64,000 bases of DNA from Halorarum halobium (GTDB lineage Archaea > Halobacteriota > Halobacteria > Halobacteriales > Haloferacaceae), in contig NZ_CP134949.1 in NCBI RefSeq assembly GCF_032116555.1, positions 434,001 through 498,000 of the forward strand. The letters run 5' to 3'. Each line of letters starts with the position of its first letter. Position 1 is the first letter of the stretch. The position numbers were made by a program, and so were the translations under genes. The notes under the pieces are model-generated. The model was not told where the DNA came from. It worked only from the letters and a program-made list of their open reading frames with translations, and ran no database searches. Below are positions 54,088 to 63,207 of the stretch, piece after piece.

Positions 54088-54338
54088 GCCAGACGGGAAC
54101 CGATTATGAAGAATTTCGGGCCTGGGTTTGGCCTCGACGACGGCTTCTGCGGCGGCGTCTCCGGCATCGATGGGGCTTCTTGGTTCAGTATTCGGCCAAT
54201 TTGGGGGTTAGCCGACGGCCAGTCTACTTCGGTTTTTGCGCACAGTGATAGGTATCTACCGGAGATTTGGGCCGATTATGATGGCACTACAGACCTGAAG
54301 CGGAGGGTTGAGATTTTCATAATCGGTTCCAGTCTGGC
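54088..54338. repeat. 251-bp segment bounded by 23-bp inverted repeats (22/23 match), MITE-like
   Basis: GCCAGACGGGAACCGATTATGAA (54088-54110) and TTCATAATCGGTTCCAGTCTGGC (54316-54338). Confidence 0.7.
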
Positions 54339-54572
54339 ATTTTGGTGTTCAATAATCTGACCCACTGTTTCGTTTCCAGCCCGTTGTCAGTAATTGAGAT
54401 TCCATTCTGCACCGTGGGCGCCAAGCTCCGGCGAAGAACCAGAACAAACCAAGTGCCCAATGAGCGTTCGCCGGGGTAAGACACGTCGTAAAACGGGTGT
54501 CCTTGTCTCCAAAAATCGGTAACCGATGTGAGCAAGAAGGGCTCTATCTGCCAGTTACGGTACGCACCGCAG

Positions 54573-54760
54573 GTGTAAGCCTAGGCCGGGATATCAGATG
54601 CCTCCCCAACGACGCTCACCCTGACGGGTTCGCACATTTGGGATTTGGCTTGTCCGTGAACTCAGCCTCAAACCCGTCAGGGTGGGCGGTAAACCCGCCG
54701 CTCAGCGTCACCGTTCCAGACTTCAGGGCAAGCTGACTGTTGCCCGTCCGCCGAGACGAC
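54573..54760 (-). ncRNA. Predicted TnpB omega/reRNA (scaffold overlapping tnpB 3' end, plus guide from 54592 downward)
   Basis: Hairpins GGGCAAC...GCTTGCCC and GCCAAATCCCAA...TTGGGGAGGC ending ATCTGAT; position typical of IS200/IS605 right ends. Boundaries are approximate. Confidence 0.65.
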
Positions 54761-55881
54761 TGTTGGCCCCGACGGACGTACCGCATTCCGATGTTCTTCG
54801 CCGCGTTGTAGTCGGCGTTCGCCTCCGACTCGCACTTCACACACTGGAAGTCGTTTCGAGTCGGGCGATTCTCATCCGCTGTGAACCCACACTCGGCGCA
54901 CCGCTTCGACGTGTACGCGGAACCCACCTGCTCCACCGAGACACCGACTGCTTCGGCTTTGTACTCCACTTGCTCGTAGAGCGTTCGGAACGCCCACTTG
55001 TGTCCCCACGACGCGCCTGTGCGGTCGCGGATGTGGGTCAAGTTCTCGAACACAATCACGTCGCACTCGTAACGTAGGGCTTCTGTGATAATGGCGTTCG
55101 ACGCGCGGTGAAGTACGTCTCGGACGTATCGTAATTCCCGACCACTCGACTGTTCAAGCGTCCGGTGAGAGCTTCGCGTTCCAGTCTGCTGCAGGCCAGC
55201 GCGTACCTTCTCGAACTCTCGAAGGTTGTGGTTTAACTCTCGCCCACTGAAGAAGTAGGCGGTACTGGTGACAGCGAGGCTTTCGATACCCAAGTCGACG
55301 CCGAGAACCGTTCCGTTCTCAGTCGTCTCCGCAGTCTCGGCCTTAAGTTTACGAAATCCGAGATGGAGGAACCATCCACCGTCACGATAGTGGAGGGACG
55401 ACTCCGTCGTCTCCCACTTCTCGGAGTCGATGTACTGGTTTTGATGTCCCTCCTCCCCCTCCGGGAGTTCAAGGTCGGCCTGCACTCGTGAGTGGTCCCC
55501 GAGGGTCGTGAGCGATACCTGCTCGCGTTCGGGGAAGAGCGTCATCGTCCGGGTATCGTAGGTGACTGTCGGGCTTGTGTACGTTGGTCTGGACGCTTTC
55601 CGCCCCATCTGGTGCCGTGAGATACACGACTGGATGTTCTCAGCTGCCTGATGACATGCGAGGACGGCGTGTTGGCTCCCTAACGATGCCCGCTCGCGGA
55701 CGTCGTCGTAGGCGAGTTTCTGGACCTCGAACGGAGAACGACACTGCCTCCATGCGCGGTCGACAGCGACCTGGCAACCGCGTTTCCACGCCGAGACTGT
55801 GTCTCGAAGGAGCGTCTCGTCTTCCGGGGAAACGGTGAGACGCGTAATCGATGTCCGGCGGTGGTACTCAGCGTCCGACAC
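54616..55881 (-). CDS. tnpB: RNA-guided endonuclease TnpB (IS200/IS605 family, IS1341-type, no tnpA)
   Basis: RuvC-I GVDLG, RuvC-II VFENL, Zn finger CAECG...CVKC and RuvC-III ADYNAAKNI; D-E-D triad intact. Confidence 0.95.
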   Translation of the reverse strand: MSDAEYHRRTSITRLTVSPEDETLLRDTVSAWKRGCQVAVDRAWRQCRSPFEVQKLAYDDVRERASLGSQHAVLACHQAAENIQSCISRHQMGRKASRPTYTSPTVTYDTRTMTLFPEREQVSLTTLGDHSRVQADLELPEGEEGHQNQYIDSEKWETTESSLHYRDGGWFLHLGFRKLKAETAETTENGTVLGVDLGIESLAVTSTAYFFSGRELNHNLREFEKVRAGLQQTGTRSSHRTLEQSSGRELRYVRDVLHRASNAIITEALRYECDVIVFENLTHIRDRTGASWGHKWAFRTLYEQVEYKAEAVGVSVEQVGSAYTSKRCAECGFTADENRPTRNDFQCVKCESEANADYNAAKNIGMRYVRRGQQSSRRTGNSQLALKSGTVTLSGGFTAHPDGFEAEFTDKPNPKCANPSG

Positions 55882-56017
55882 GGTGTTTTCTTCCTCGTGA
55901 TCAGTGATAAGGGTCCGGAGGGAATAACCTCGTCCAGAGCTCTCACTGCGTCAGTCAGATGTACAATACAGATAGAGCTGCAGCTGGGTTTCCCGAATAG
56001 GTTGAAGAGTGGAGAAG

Positions 56018-56089
56018 AGCCTGAGGCGGGATTTGAACCCGCGCTCTCGTCCTTACCAAGGACGCGCTTTACCGCTAAGCTACCCAGGC
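56018..56089 (-). tRNA. tRNA-Thr(GGU)
   Basis: GCCTGGG...CGTCC-TTGGTAA-GGACG...GCGGGTTCAAATCCCGC-CTCAGGC-T cloverleaf. Confidence 0.95.
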
Positions 56090-56171
56090 GCGAGTTGTGA
56101 TAGCCCCGAGTCGTCTTTAGGCGTTTCGATTGGGGTCGCCGCGCCGTGTCACGGATTGACGCCGCACGCGA

Positions 56172-56837
56172 TCACGGATCCGCCGACGACGCCACGGGCT
56201 CGTCCGCGAGCGCGGCGATGCGGTCGCCCGCCGAGTCGGGTAGCGCGCCCTCGCCGGGCATCCGCTCGTCGTCGTCGCCGGCGAGCTCGGCGGCGTACGC
56301 GAGCAGTTCCGCGGGTGCGGCCGCGCCGACGGTGTCCGTGCCGGCGACGACCGCGAGTTCGAACACGTCCGCCTCGAGGTTCCGGTCGAGCGCCAGACGC
56401 TCCTCGGCGTCGGCCACGTCTCGCCGGAGCGTCTGGTCGCGGCCGAACGCCCGGACCGTCTCCACGGCCTTCTCGGCGGCCTCGGTCCGGGCGAGGAGGT
56501 AGAAGCCGCGGGCGACGAACACGTCCGCCGCGAGCACGTCCATGTCGGCGTCGACGTCGCCGGCGTCGTCGAGGTCGCGGTCGGCCCACGGCTCCTCGTG
56601 GGCCAGCCGGCGGGTGAGCCGGAGGCCCTCGTAGATGAGCTGGACCCCCGCGGCGCGTTCCGCGACGGCGTCGCCGGCCGCCGCCGGGTCGAGCGCGCGG
56701 GCGCTCACGAGCGTCAGCACCCCCGGCGTCATCTCGGCGTCGGCGACCCGGCCCGTGAGGATCTCACGGAGCCGGTCCGGCTCGATGTCCGCGAGCGCCC
56801 CGTCGGCGGCCGCGCGGACCCGCACGGCGTCGTCCAT
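56172..56837 (-). CDS. Hypothetical protein, isoprenoid-synthase-like helical fold possible
   Basis: AAGVQLIYEGLRLTR...LAADVFVARGFYLLA. Confidence 0.75.
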   Translation of the reverse strand: MDDAVRVRAAADGALADIEPDRLREILTGRVADAEMTPGVLTLVSARALDPAAAGDAVAERAAGVQLIYEGLRLTRRLAHEEPWADRDLDDAGDVDADMDVLAADVFVARGFYLLARTEAAEKAVETVRAFGRDQTLRRDVADAEERLALDRNLEADVFELAVVAGTDTVGAAAPAELLAYAAELAGDDDERMPGEGALPDSAGDRIAALADEPVASSADP

Positions 56838-56897
56838 CAGCCGAACCTTCCGCCGGCATGGGCAAAGGCCTTTGGAAACGGCCCGCTACCGGGCCCC

Positions 56898-57599
56898 ATG
56901 ATCCGCTCGGAACGGGCCGACGGCGGCGACTACCGCGTCGTCACCGTCGACCGCCCGGCCGCCCGGAACGCGCTCCGCCCGGCAGACCTGGACGCCCTGG
57001 AAGCGGCGGTCGTCGAGGCGACCGAACCGGTCGTCCTCCTCCGGGGCGCGGGCGACGCGTTCTGTGCCGGCGCGGACCTCGACGTCGTCGCCGACCTCTC
57101 GGACCCGGCCGCCTTCGCCGCACACGGCCAGCGCGTCGCGGCCGGCATCGAAGACGCGGACGCGGTCGTCGTCGCCGGGATCGACGGGCCGGCACGCGGC
57201 GGCGGCGTGGAACTCGCGCTCGCCTGCGACGTCCGGATCGCGACGCCCCGGGCGACGTTCGCGGAGTCGGGCGTCCGCTTCGGCCTGTTCGGCGCGTGGG
57301 GCGGCACCGTTCGGCTCCCTCGAGTGCTCCGGGAGGGCGACGCCATGGAGTTCGCGCTCTCGGGTCGGACCATCGACGCCGAGGAGGCCCGCAGGATCGG
57401 ACTCGTCTCCCGCGTCGTCCCGGATCCGGCGACCGTCGCCGCCGAACTCGCCGGGAACGAGCCGGACGCCCTCGCCGTGGTGAAACGCAGACTCCGGGAC
57501 GGCGCTCCCGTCGCCGAGCGGGAAGCCGCCGAGCGCGAGGCGTTCGCCCGGCTCCACGCGGCCCACGGCCCCGAAATCGCCCGCGACCGGAAGGATTGA
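56898..57599 (+). CDS. Enoyl-CoA hydratase/isomerase family protein
   Basis: DRPAARNAL, AFCAGADL and GGGVELALACD motifs. Confidence 0.92.
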   Translation: MIRSERADGGDYRVVTVDRPAARNALRPADLDALEAAVVEATEPVVLLRGAGDAFCAGADLDVVADLSDPAAFAAHGQRVAAGIEDADAVVVAGIDGPARGGGVELALACDVRIATPRATFAESGVRFGLFGAWGGTVRLPRVLREGDAMEFALSGRTIDAEEARRIGLVSRVVPDPATVAAELAGNEPDALAVVKRRLRDGAPVAEREAAEREAFARLHAAHGPEIARDRKD

Positions 57600-57624
57600 A
57601 CCTCGGAGGGTCCTACGTCCCGAC

Positions 57625-58266
57625 ATGGCAGATCGCTCCGATTCCGGACGCCGGCCGCACGCCGGAGACGCCGCCGCCCCGGGGTCCCGCCCGTCGACGC
57701 GCCGCCCGTCGACGCGCCGGGCGGTCCTCGGCGTCGTCGCCGGCGCGACGATCCTCCCGCTGTCGGGCTGTCTCGGGCTCGGCGGCGGCGGTGGCATCGA
57801 GGCCGAGTCGCTCCCGGAGGGCGGCGACGACGAGGTGATCTCGAACGTCGAGACGTTCCCGAGCGAGGGCGTCGACCACGTTCGGACCGGGACCGAGATC
57901 GAGTACGACACGCGCCCCCCGACGTCGGGTCCCCACTACAACGGGACGCTGTCGGCCGGGTTCTACGAGGACACCCAGCCGCTCGGGAACGTCGTCCACA
58001 CGCTCGAACACGGCGCGGTCGTCGTCTACTACGGTCCCGACGCGCTGACCGACGAGAGCCGGAACAGCCTGCAGGCCTGGGCGAACAACCACACCAGCAC
58101 CTGGCAGAGCTTCGTCGCGGTCCCGTACTACTACGACGACCCGGAGACGGGGTTCACGCTCACGGCCTGGCGGCACATGCTCGGGATGGACGAGTACGAC
58201 GCCGAGACGGTGCGGGCGTTCTGTGCGGAGTATCTCGGACGCGGGCCGGAGAACCCGGTTCGATAG
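57625..58266 (+). CDS. Tat lipoprotein, DUF3105 domain
   Basis: TRRAVL...LSGC lipobox, PPTSGPHY and VHTLEHGAVVVYY motifs. Confidence 0.85.
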   Translation: MADRSDSGRRPHAGDAAAPGSRPSTRRPSTRRAVLGVVAGATILPLSGCLGLGGGGGIEAESLPEGGDDEVISNVETFPSEGVDHVRTGTEIEYDTRPPTSGPHYNGTLSAGFYEDTQPLGNVVHTLEHGAVVVYYGPDALTDESRNSLQAWANNHTSTWQSFVAVPYYYDDPETGFTLTAWRHMLGMDEYDAETVRAFCAEYLGRGPENPVR

Positions 58267-58302
58267 CAGGATTTTCGTCGGCCCGACGGGGGTTCCGGCC
58301 GA

Positions 58303-59136
58303 TTACAGGCGCAGCTCCTTGGGCGCGGGCGGCGTCGCCCGCTTGTGTCTCGACGACTCGTAGAGCTCGTCGACGCGCTCGACCGCGGACTCGGGGACGC
58401 CGAGGTGCTCGACGGTCGCGCTCGTCGAGAGCGGGCCGTCGACGTGGAGCGCGAGGATGGCGTCGAGCGTGTCGTAGGTGAGCCCGAGCTCCTCCTCGTC
58501 GGTCTGGCCCTCCCACATCTCGGCGGAGGGCGTCTTCATCACCAGGTCGCGGGGGACGCCGAGGTCGTCGGCGAGCTGGCGCACCTGCTGCTTGTAGAGG
58601 TTCCCGATGGGGTGGCAGTCGACCGCGCCGTCGCCGTACTTCGTGAAGTAGCCCGCGAGCGCCTCGCTCCGGTTGCCGGTGCCGAGCACCAGCCGGTTCT
58701 CCGCGTTGGCGAGGAAGTAGTTGAGCACGGCCCGGACGCGCACGCGGACGTTGCTCGCGGCCATCCGGTCGTCGGTCGCCTCGGGGACCGCGTCGTAGAA
58801 CGCCTCCGCGATGGGTTCGATCTCGATCACGTCGAACTCGATGCCCAGGTCCGCCGCGACGCGTTCGGCGTCGCTCATGTTCCCCTCGGTGTTCACCTCG
58901 CCGGGCATCACCAGCCCGTGGACCGCGTCGGCGCCGAGCGCCTCGACCGCGAGGTACGCGACCGTGGTCGAGTCGATGCCGCCCGAGAGCCCGAGGACGG
59001 CGCCGTCCAGTCCCGCGGACTCGACCTGGTCGCCGATGAACTCGGCGAGGTGCTCGCGGGTCGCCGCCAGTTCGTCCCCCGAGAGCCGGAGGTCGAGAGG
59101 GGTGTTCGATTCGTCGAGGAGGACGGTGTCGCTCAT
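58303..59136 (-). CDS. nadE: NH3-dependent NAD+ synthetase
   Basis: GLSGGIDS, GTGNRSE, GYFTKYGDG and PSAEMWEGQTDE motifs. Confidence 0.96.
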   Translation of the reverse strand: MSDTVLLDESNTPLDLRLSGDELAATREHLAEFIGDQVESAGLDGAVLGLSGGIDSTTVAYLAVEALGADAVHGLVMPGEVNTEGNMSDAERVAADLGIEFDVIEIEPIAEAFYDAVPEATDDRMAASNVRVRVRAVLNYFLANAENRLVLGTGNRSEALAGYFTKYGDGAVDCHPIGNLYKQQVRQLADDLGVPRDLVMKTPSAEMWEGQTDEEELGLTYDTLDAILALHVDGPLSTSATVEHLGVPESAVERVDELYESSRHKRATPPAPKELRL

Positions 59137-59309
59137 CGGCGGTTCCTTTCGCGGCGACGGACTAATAGCCACCCGTCGGCCAAATCCGCTGGACGCGCGT
59201 TCAGTTTACGTGGTTCACGCTGGGTGGTGGTGGCCGGAATCGCGAAAACCGGGTTCTGATTCGGCGGGCCGGGCTAACGACGCCGCGTCGAGGTACCGGC
59301 CAGCCAACT

Positions 59310-59722
59310 GGCGCGCGGCGGCCGCCCCTCGTGGGCGGCCACCCGTCGCGCGAGGGATGAGTGAGGGGAGCGACCGAAGGGAGCGCCGAGCGAATCGGCT
59401 GGGGAGGGTGAGGCCCGGTGGCGGTGCGGGGCGGTCGGGTGGGATTGAAAGGGGCCGCGGCGTTCACGGGCGCTTGCGCCCGTGAATTCGGGAGAGCGTG
59501 CTCTCCCGTCCGTCGGCGAACCCTGAGGCCTCAAGCACCGTGGTTCGAGAGAGCGGAGCTCTCTCGTCAGTACGGGAAACCGTTGGTTTCCCGTCAGCAG
59601 TCGGATTCCGCCGGAATCCGATGGCATCACGAAAATCTTCGATTTTCGAACGACAGCGCGACCGCAGGGAGCGAGGAGCACAGAGCGTCTCGCGGGAGCC
59701 GAGAGCCACGGGGGCTTTCGAG
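59310..59722 (+). repeat. Modular palindromic intergenic element with nested cassettes
   Basis: Core GGGATTGAAAGGGGCC...GGGGCTTTCGAG; modules shared with 18672-19195. Confidence 0.85.
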
Positions 59723-59872
59723 AACTGCGCCAACACACCGTACCAACCGGCTACGTCGGATGTTGCGGGAGGATTTCGAGACGACGACCACCCCATTCCC
59801 ACACGGCGGGCCCCGTTCGAGGCTACCGATTAGTTGAAGTGTCGGGATGGGGTACTCCGAACCGCACCGAAC

Positions 59873-59943
59873 GCGCCGGTGGTCCAGTGGTAGGACATTA
59901 GCTTCCCAAGCTAATAGCCCGGGTTCAATTCCCGGCCGGCGCA
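59873..59943 (+). tRNA. tRNA-Gly(CCC)
   Basis: GCGCCGG...TTAGC-TTCCCAA-GCTAA...CCGGGTTCAATTCCCGG-CCGGCGC-A cloverleaf. Confidence 0.95.
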
Positions 59944-60154
59944 TCCTCCGACCTCGCCGAAACGGCCACGGCTTCGTCTCCGTCGTGGCACCGCCGACGC
60001 CGCCTCCACGTCCACACACCCGACCGACGTCCCCGACGCCACCGCCCGAACTCGATCCGGCGTCGGCGAACCTCCCCGTCGACGGACTGACTGATACGCG
60101 TCCGTTCGGCCCCGAACCCGGGGAGTTAACCCGCCCCCGGACGCCCACCGGAGC

Positions 60155-60721
60155 ATGGTCCCGCTCCAGTTCGACATCGTGTACTCCGTCCTCGGCGTCG
60201 TCGTCCCGCTCGTCGTGGCGGCGGCCGTCTTCCTCGTCGTCTTCGGCCTCGCACGCTACGCGCTCCCGTCGGTGTTCCGCCGGCTGGCGCTCCACAACGG
60301 GTGGTCCGCGAACGGCGAGGCAGTGCTGCTCGCCGGAGCTAACGGCGCGGCCGCGACGCTCGCTGCCGTGCTCGCGCTCGGCGCGGCCGGCTTCGGCAAT
60401 CGAATCGGCGGCGTCCTCGTGGTCGGCGGCGTCGTCACCGGCGTCGCGGTCGAGCGTCGCCGGCGCTCTTCGACCTCGCCGGTGACGGAACTGCTCGCGC
60501 TCGTCGCGGGGCTGCTGGCCGTCGGCGTCGCCACGCTGGCCACGTCCAGCGGTATCGTCCGCGTCGTCGGCGTGTTCCTCGCGGGCGGCGCGTTCGGGGC
60601 GCTCGCCCGGGCCGGCATCAACGCGCTCGTCGCGTCGGAGGACCGCGGAACATCCGGATCGGCAGGGTCCTCGCCGGCGGACGCCGCCGGCGAGTACGAC
60701 CCCTCGACCGGCGACGACTAG
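60155..60721 (+). CDS. Hypothetical membrane protein
   Basis: Multiple hydrophobic helices. Confidence 0.65.
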   Translation: MVPLQFDIVYSVLGVVVPLVVAAAVFLVVFGLARYALPSVFRRLALHNGWSANGEAVLLAGANGAAATLAAVLALGAAGFGNRIGGVLVVGGVVTGVAVERRRRSSTSPVTELLALVAGLLAVGVATLATSSGIVRVVGVFLAGGAFGALARAGINALVASEDRGTSGSAGSSPADAAGEYDPSTGDD

Positions 60722-61194
60722 CGCTCCTCGGGCGTCGCGGTCGGCGTCGTCTCGCAGGCCGGCGGGTTCTGCTGGAACCAGACGCCGAACTCCCCCTCGG
60801 CGTCCACCTTCGCCATCGCGCCGAAGCAGTCGCCCCCGCCGTCGGCGATGTCGAACGACTCCCACTCGTCCTCGTCGTCCAGCCGGAGGTACACCGTGAT
60901 CTCGTCGGCGGAGCCGGTCCAGGACTGCTCGACCGTCTCGCTCGTCATCTCCCGGTCGCCATCGTCGAGTTCGTGATCGGACCAGTGGACCGGCTCGCCG
61001 TTCCGCTGGACGAGCACGTGGACGGTGTGATCGACCGCGTCCTCGTTCGCAACGCGGAGGTAGGCGAGCCTGGAGTCGCTCCCGTCGCCGCCGACCTCCG
61101 CCTGGTTCGCCGCCCCCTCGCCGAGACAGCCCGCGAGCCCGGCCGCTCCGACGCCACCTGCGGCTGCGAGGACCCCCCGTCGCGTCGTGTTCAT
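60718..61194 (-). CDS. Tat lipoprotein, hypothetical
   Basis: TRRGVL...LAGC lipobox. Confidence 0.8.
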   Translation of the reverse strand: MNTTRRGVLAAAGGVGAAGLAGCLGEGAANQAEVGGDGSDSRLAYLRVANEDAVDHTVHVLVQRNGEPVHWSDHELDDGDREMTSETVEQSWTGSADEITVYLRLDDEDEWESFDIADGGGDCFGAMAKVDAEGEFGVWFQQNPPACETTPTATPEER

Positions 61195-61339
61195 GGAGAG
61201 ACTTCCGGAGGCGCGGAGATAAGGGCTGTGACGGCGTCGTGCGGGCGTCTGACGCGCGTGCGCTGCGTTTCGGGTGGAACTGGTTCACACGCGACGTGCG
61301 TGCGGACCCGCGACGGTTCCCAGCCATCCCGCGTTCTCG

Positions 61340-62116
61340 TCAGACGGGCCACTCTGCCGGGTCGGTTTCGACGTGCTCGCGCAGCGACCGCGTCGCCGCC
61401 TCGTCGTACCGCAGGACGCGCCGCCACCACGGTCCCTTCCCCGAGTCGTTCGACAGCTCGGTGACCAGCCGGTTCGCGTCGGCACCGGCCTCGGGGGTCG
61501 ACAGCGGGACCGCCCGCTCGTAGAGCCGCGAGCGATCGGTGCCCCCGACGAGCGCCGCGGCGTCGAACGGGTCGCGGCGGGCGTGGGCGTTCGAGGCGAA
61601 GCGCTCCCGGAGCCCGGCGTCGGGAGCGGCCGCCCGGTACTCGTCGCCGGTCACCGCCGCCGCGACCTCGAACTCGCCGACGAGGAACGCGCCCCACTCC
61701 GGCGGGAGCCAGTCCCGACCGGTCCCCGTCGCCTCGACCTCCCCACTCGCGCTGACTTCACCGTTCGCGCCCCCAGAACCGTTTTCGACGCGCGAGAGCG
61801 TCGCGTAAAACAGGAGGAAGTCGCCCGGCTCCAGCCGAGAGAGCGGGCCGGCCTTCACGCCGTGCGGGTCGCCGTAGGTGTACGACTCCCGGCCGAGGCT
61901 GCCCGCGAACTCCGGATCGAGATGGACCGGGAGTTCGCGGGCCTCCGCCGGAACGTGGTCGGCGAGCCCGAGGTCACGGTACGTCGCCACCGGCTCCGCG
62001 GTCGGCTCCCGCTCCGGGATCGGGACGTAGACGAACGAGCCGTCGGGGAACACCGGGCCGCGGCTCCCGGGCAGGTTCGTGTTCGCGGCGACGTTGATGG
62101 CGACGGCTCGTGGCAC
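61340..62116 (-). CDS. Nucleotide-modification-associated domain 3 (Nmad3)-like protein
   Basis: GPVFPDGSFVYVPIPE, HLDPEF, YTYGD and GDFLLFYA motifs. Confidence 0.7.
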   Translation of the reverse strand: MPRAVAINVAANTNLPGSRGPVFPDGSFVYVPIPEREPTAEPVATYRDLGLADHVPAEARELPVHLDPEFAGSLGRESYTYGDPHGVKAGPLSRLEPGDFLLFYATLSRVENGSGGANGEVSASGEVEATGTGRDWLPPEWGAFLVGEFEVAAAVTGDEYRAAAPDAGLRERFASNAHARRDPFDAAALVGGTDRSRLYERAVPLSTPEAGADANRLVTELSNDSGKGPWWRRVLRYDEAATRSLREHVETDPAEWPV

Positions 62117-62133
62117 GACTGCGCTTCCCCCGG

Positions 62134-63057
62134 TCAGTCGTCGGTTTCGGGGGCCTCGACGTCCGGCGGCGTGAGGTCGCGGTCGAACTCGTCGAAGACG
62201 TCGAGGTCCTCGGGGAGGTCCGAGTCGATCCGGCGCTCGGCGGCGTTGTTCTCCAGTTTGTCGGCGATCGGGTCCGCGACCGACTCCCAGCCGGGTTTCA
62301 CCTTCACGCTCCGGGCCGGGCTGCCGACGGCGACGTGGTGGGCCGGCACGTCGCCCTGCACGACCGACTTCGCGCCGACGACGCTGTTCGCGCCGACCTT
62401 CACCCCCGCGCGGATCATCGAGTCGTACGTGATCCGGGCGTTGTCACCGATGATCGTGTGGAAGTTCTCGATGGCCGTCTGGTCGACGATGTCGTGGTCG
62501 TGGCTGAACACGTGGGCGTGATCGGAGATGGAGACCTTCTCGCCGATGGTCAGCCTGCCGCGGTCGTCCAGGTGAACGTCGTCGTGGATCACGGTGTTGT
62601 CGCCGATCTCGATGTTGTGGCCGTAGGTGAACGTGATCCCCTTGAACAGCCTGAGGTTCTCGCCGGCCTCGGCGAACAGGTGACCCGCGAGCATCTCGCG
62701 GAATCGGAGCGCGAACTCGATGTTGTCGGCCATCGGCGTCGCGTCGAACTGCCGCCAGAGCCACTGGAGGTGTTTCGAGCGCTCGAACGTCTCCTCGTCC
62801 TTCTCGGCGTAGTACTCCGATTCCAGGGTCGCGTTGCACGGGTCATACCCCTGCAGGCGGACCCGTTCGGCGGGCGTCACGTCGCCGCCGGCCTGCCACG
62901 CCTCGTAGGCGTCACGGTCCCCGAACAGGTCCACGAGGGTGTCGCGGACGACCTCGCAGGTCTCCTCGTCGCCGGAGAGCCGTTCGTCCACCTGCTCGAT
63001 GAAGGCCCGGAGTCCCTCCTCCGCCTCCGCCGGGAGCGAGACGTGACGCTTGGTCAT
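62134..63057 (-). CDS. Hexapeptide-repeat (left-handed beta-helix) acyltransferase
   Basis: IEIGDNTVI, LTIGEKVSI, VKVGANSVVGAKSVV and VAVGSPA repeats. Confidence 0.9.
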   Translation of the reverse strand: MTKRHVSLPAEAEEGLRAFIEQVDERLSGDEETCEVVRDTLVDLFGDRDAYEAWQAGGDVTPAERVRLQGYDPCNATLESEYYAEKDEETFERSKHLQWLWRQFDATPMADNIEFALRFREMLAGHLFAEAGENLRLFKGITFTYGHNIEIGDNTVIHDDVHLDDRGRLTIGEKVSISDHAHVFSHDHDIVDQTAIENFHTIIGDNARITYDSMIRAGVKVGANSVVGAKSVVQGDVPAHHVAVGSPARSVKVKPGWESVADPIADKLENNAAERRIDSDLPEDLDVFDEFDRDLTPPDVEAPETDD

Positions 63058-63207
63058 GTCCCGGACTTGGCAGTCGGGAGCCAAAGGGGTTCGGATGTGC
63101 GTGCCGGTCGCCGGAGCGCCATCGGGCGGTACGGCGGTCCGCTCGGTTCGTGCGGTCGGGCGAGTTCGCCGTCCTCGTCGGCGACGACGCCTGCCCGTGC
63201 CGGGCCC

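Larger units (their letters stand above)
36760..56017. mobile_element. Composite decayed integrative island at tRNA-Thr (CRISPR-Cas + TnpB cargo)
   Basis: tRNA at the right end, co-oriented tRNA-end copies at 36760, 53055 and 54578, integrase remnants beside two of them, and visibly lower GC in intergenic parts. Confidence 0.72.

Noticed and set aside
53701..54736. Short ORFs in the low-GC island segment
   Set aside because: No haloarchaeal composition or recognisable motifs.
54541..55978. 10-bp inverted repeat GCTCTATCTG / CAGATAGAGC flanking tnpB
   Set aside because: Too short to distinguish from chance, and IS200/IS605 elements lack terminal inverted repeats.
36760..56017. CRISPR-associated transposon (Tn7-like CAST)
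   Set aside because: No tnsA/B/C or tniQ genes are present, and cas3 and the adaptation genes are intact.
59915..59943. tRNA-Gly as target of the TnpB guide
   Set aside because: TTCAA-TTCCCGGCCGGCGC mismatches position 1 and most positions after 9.
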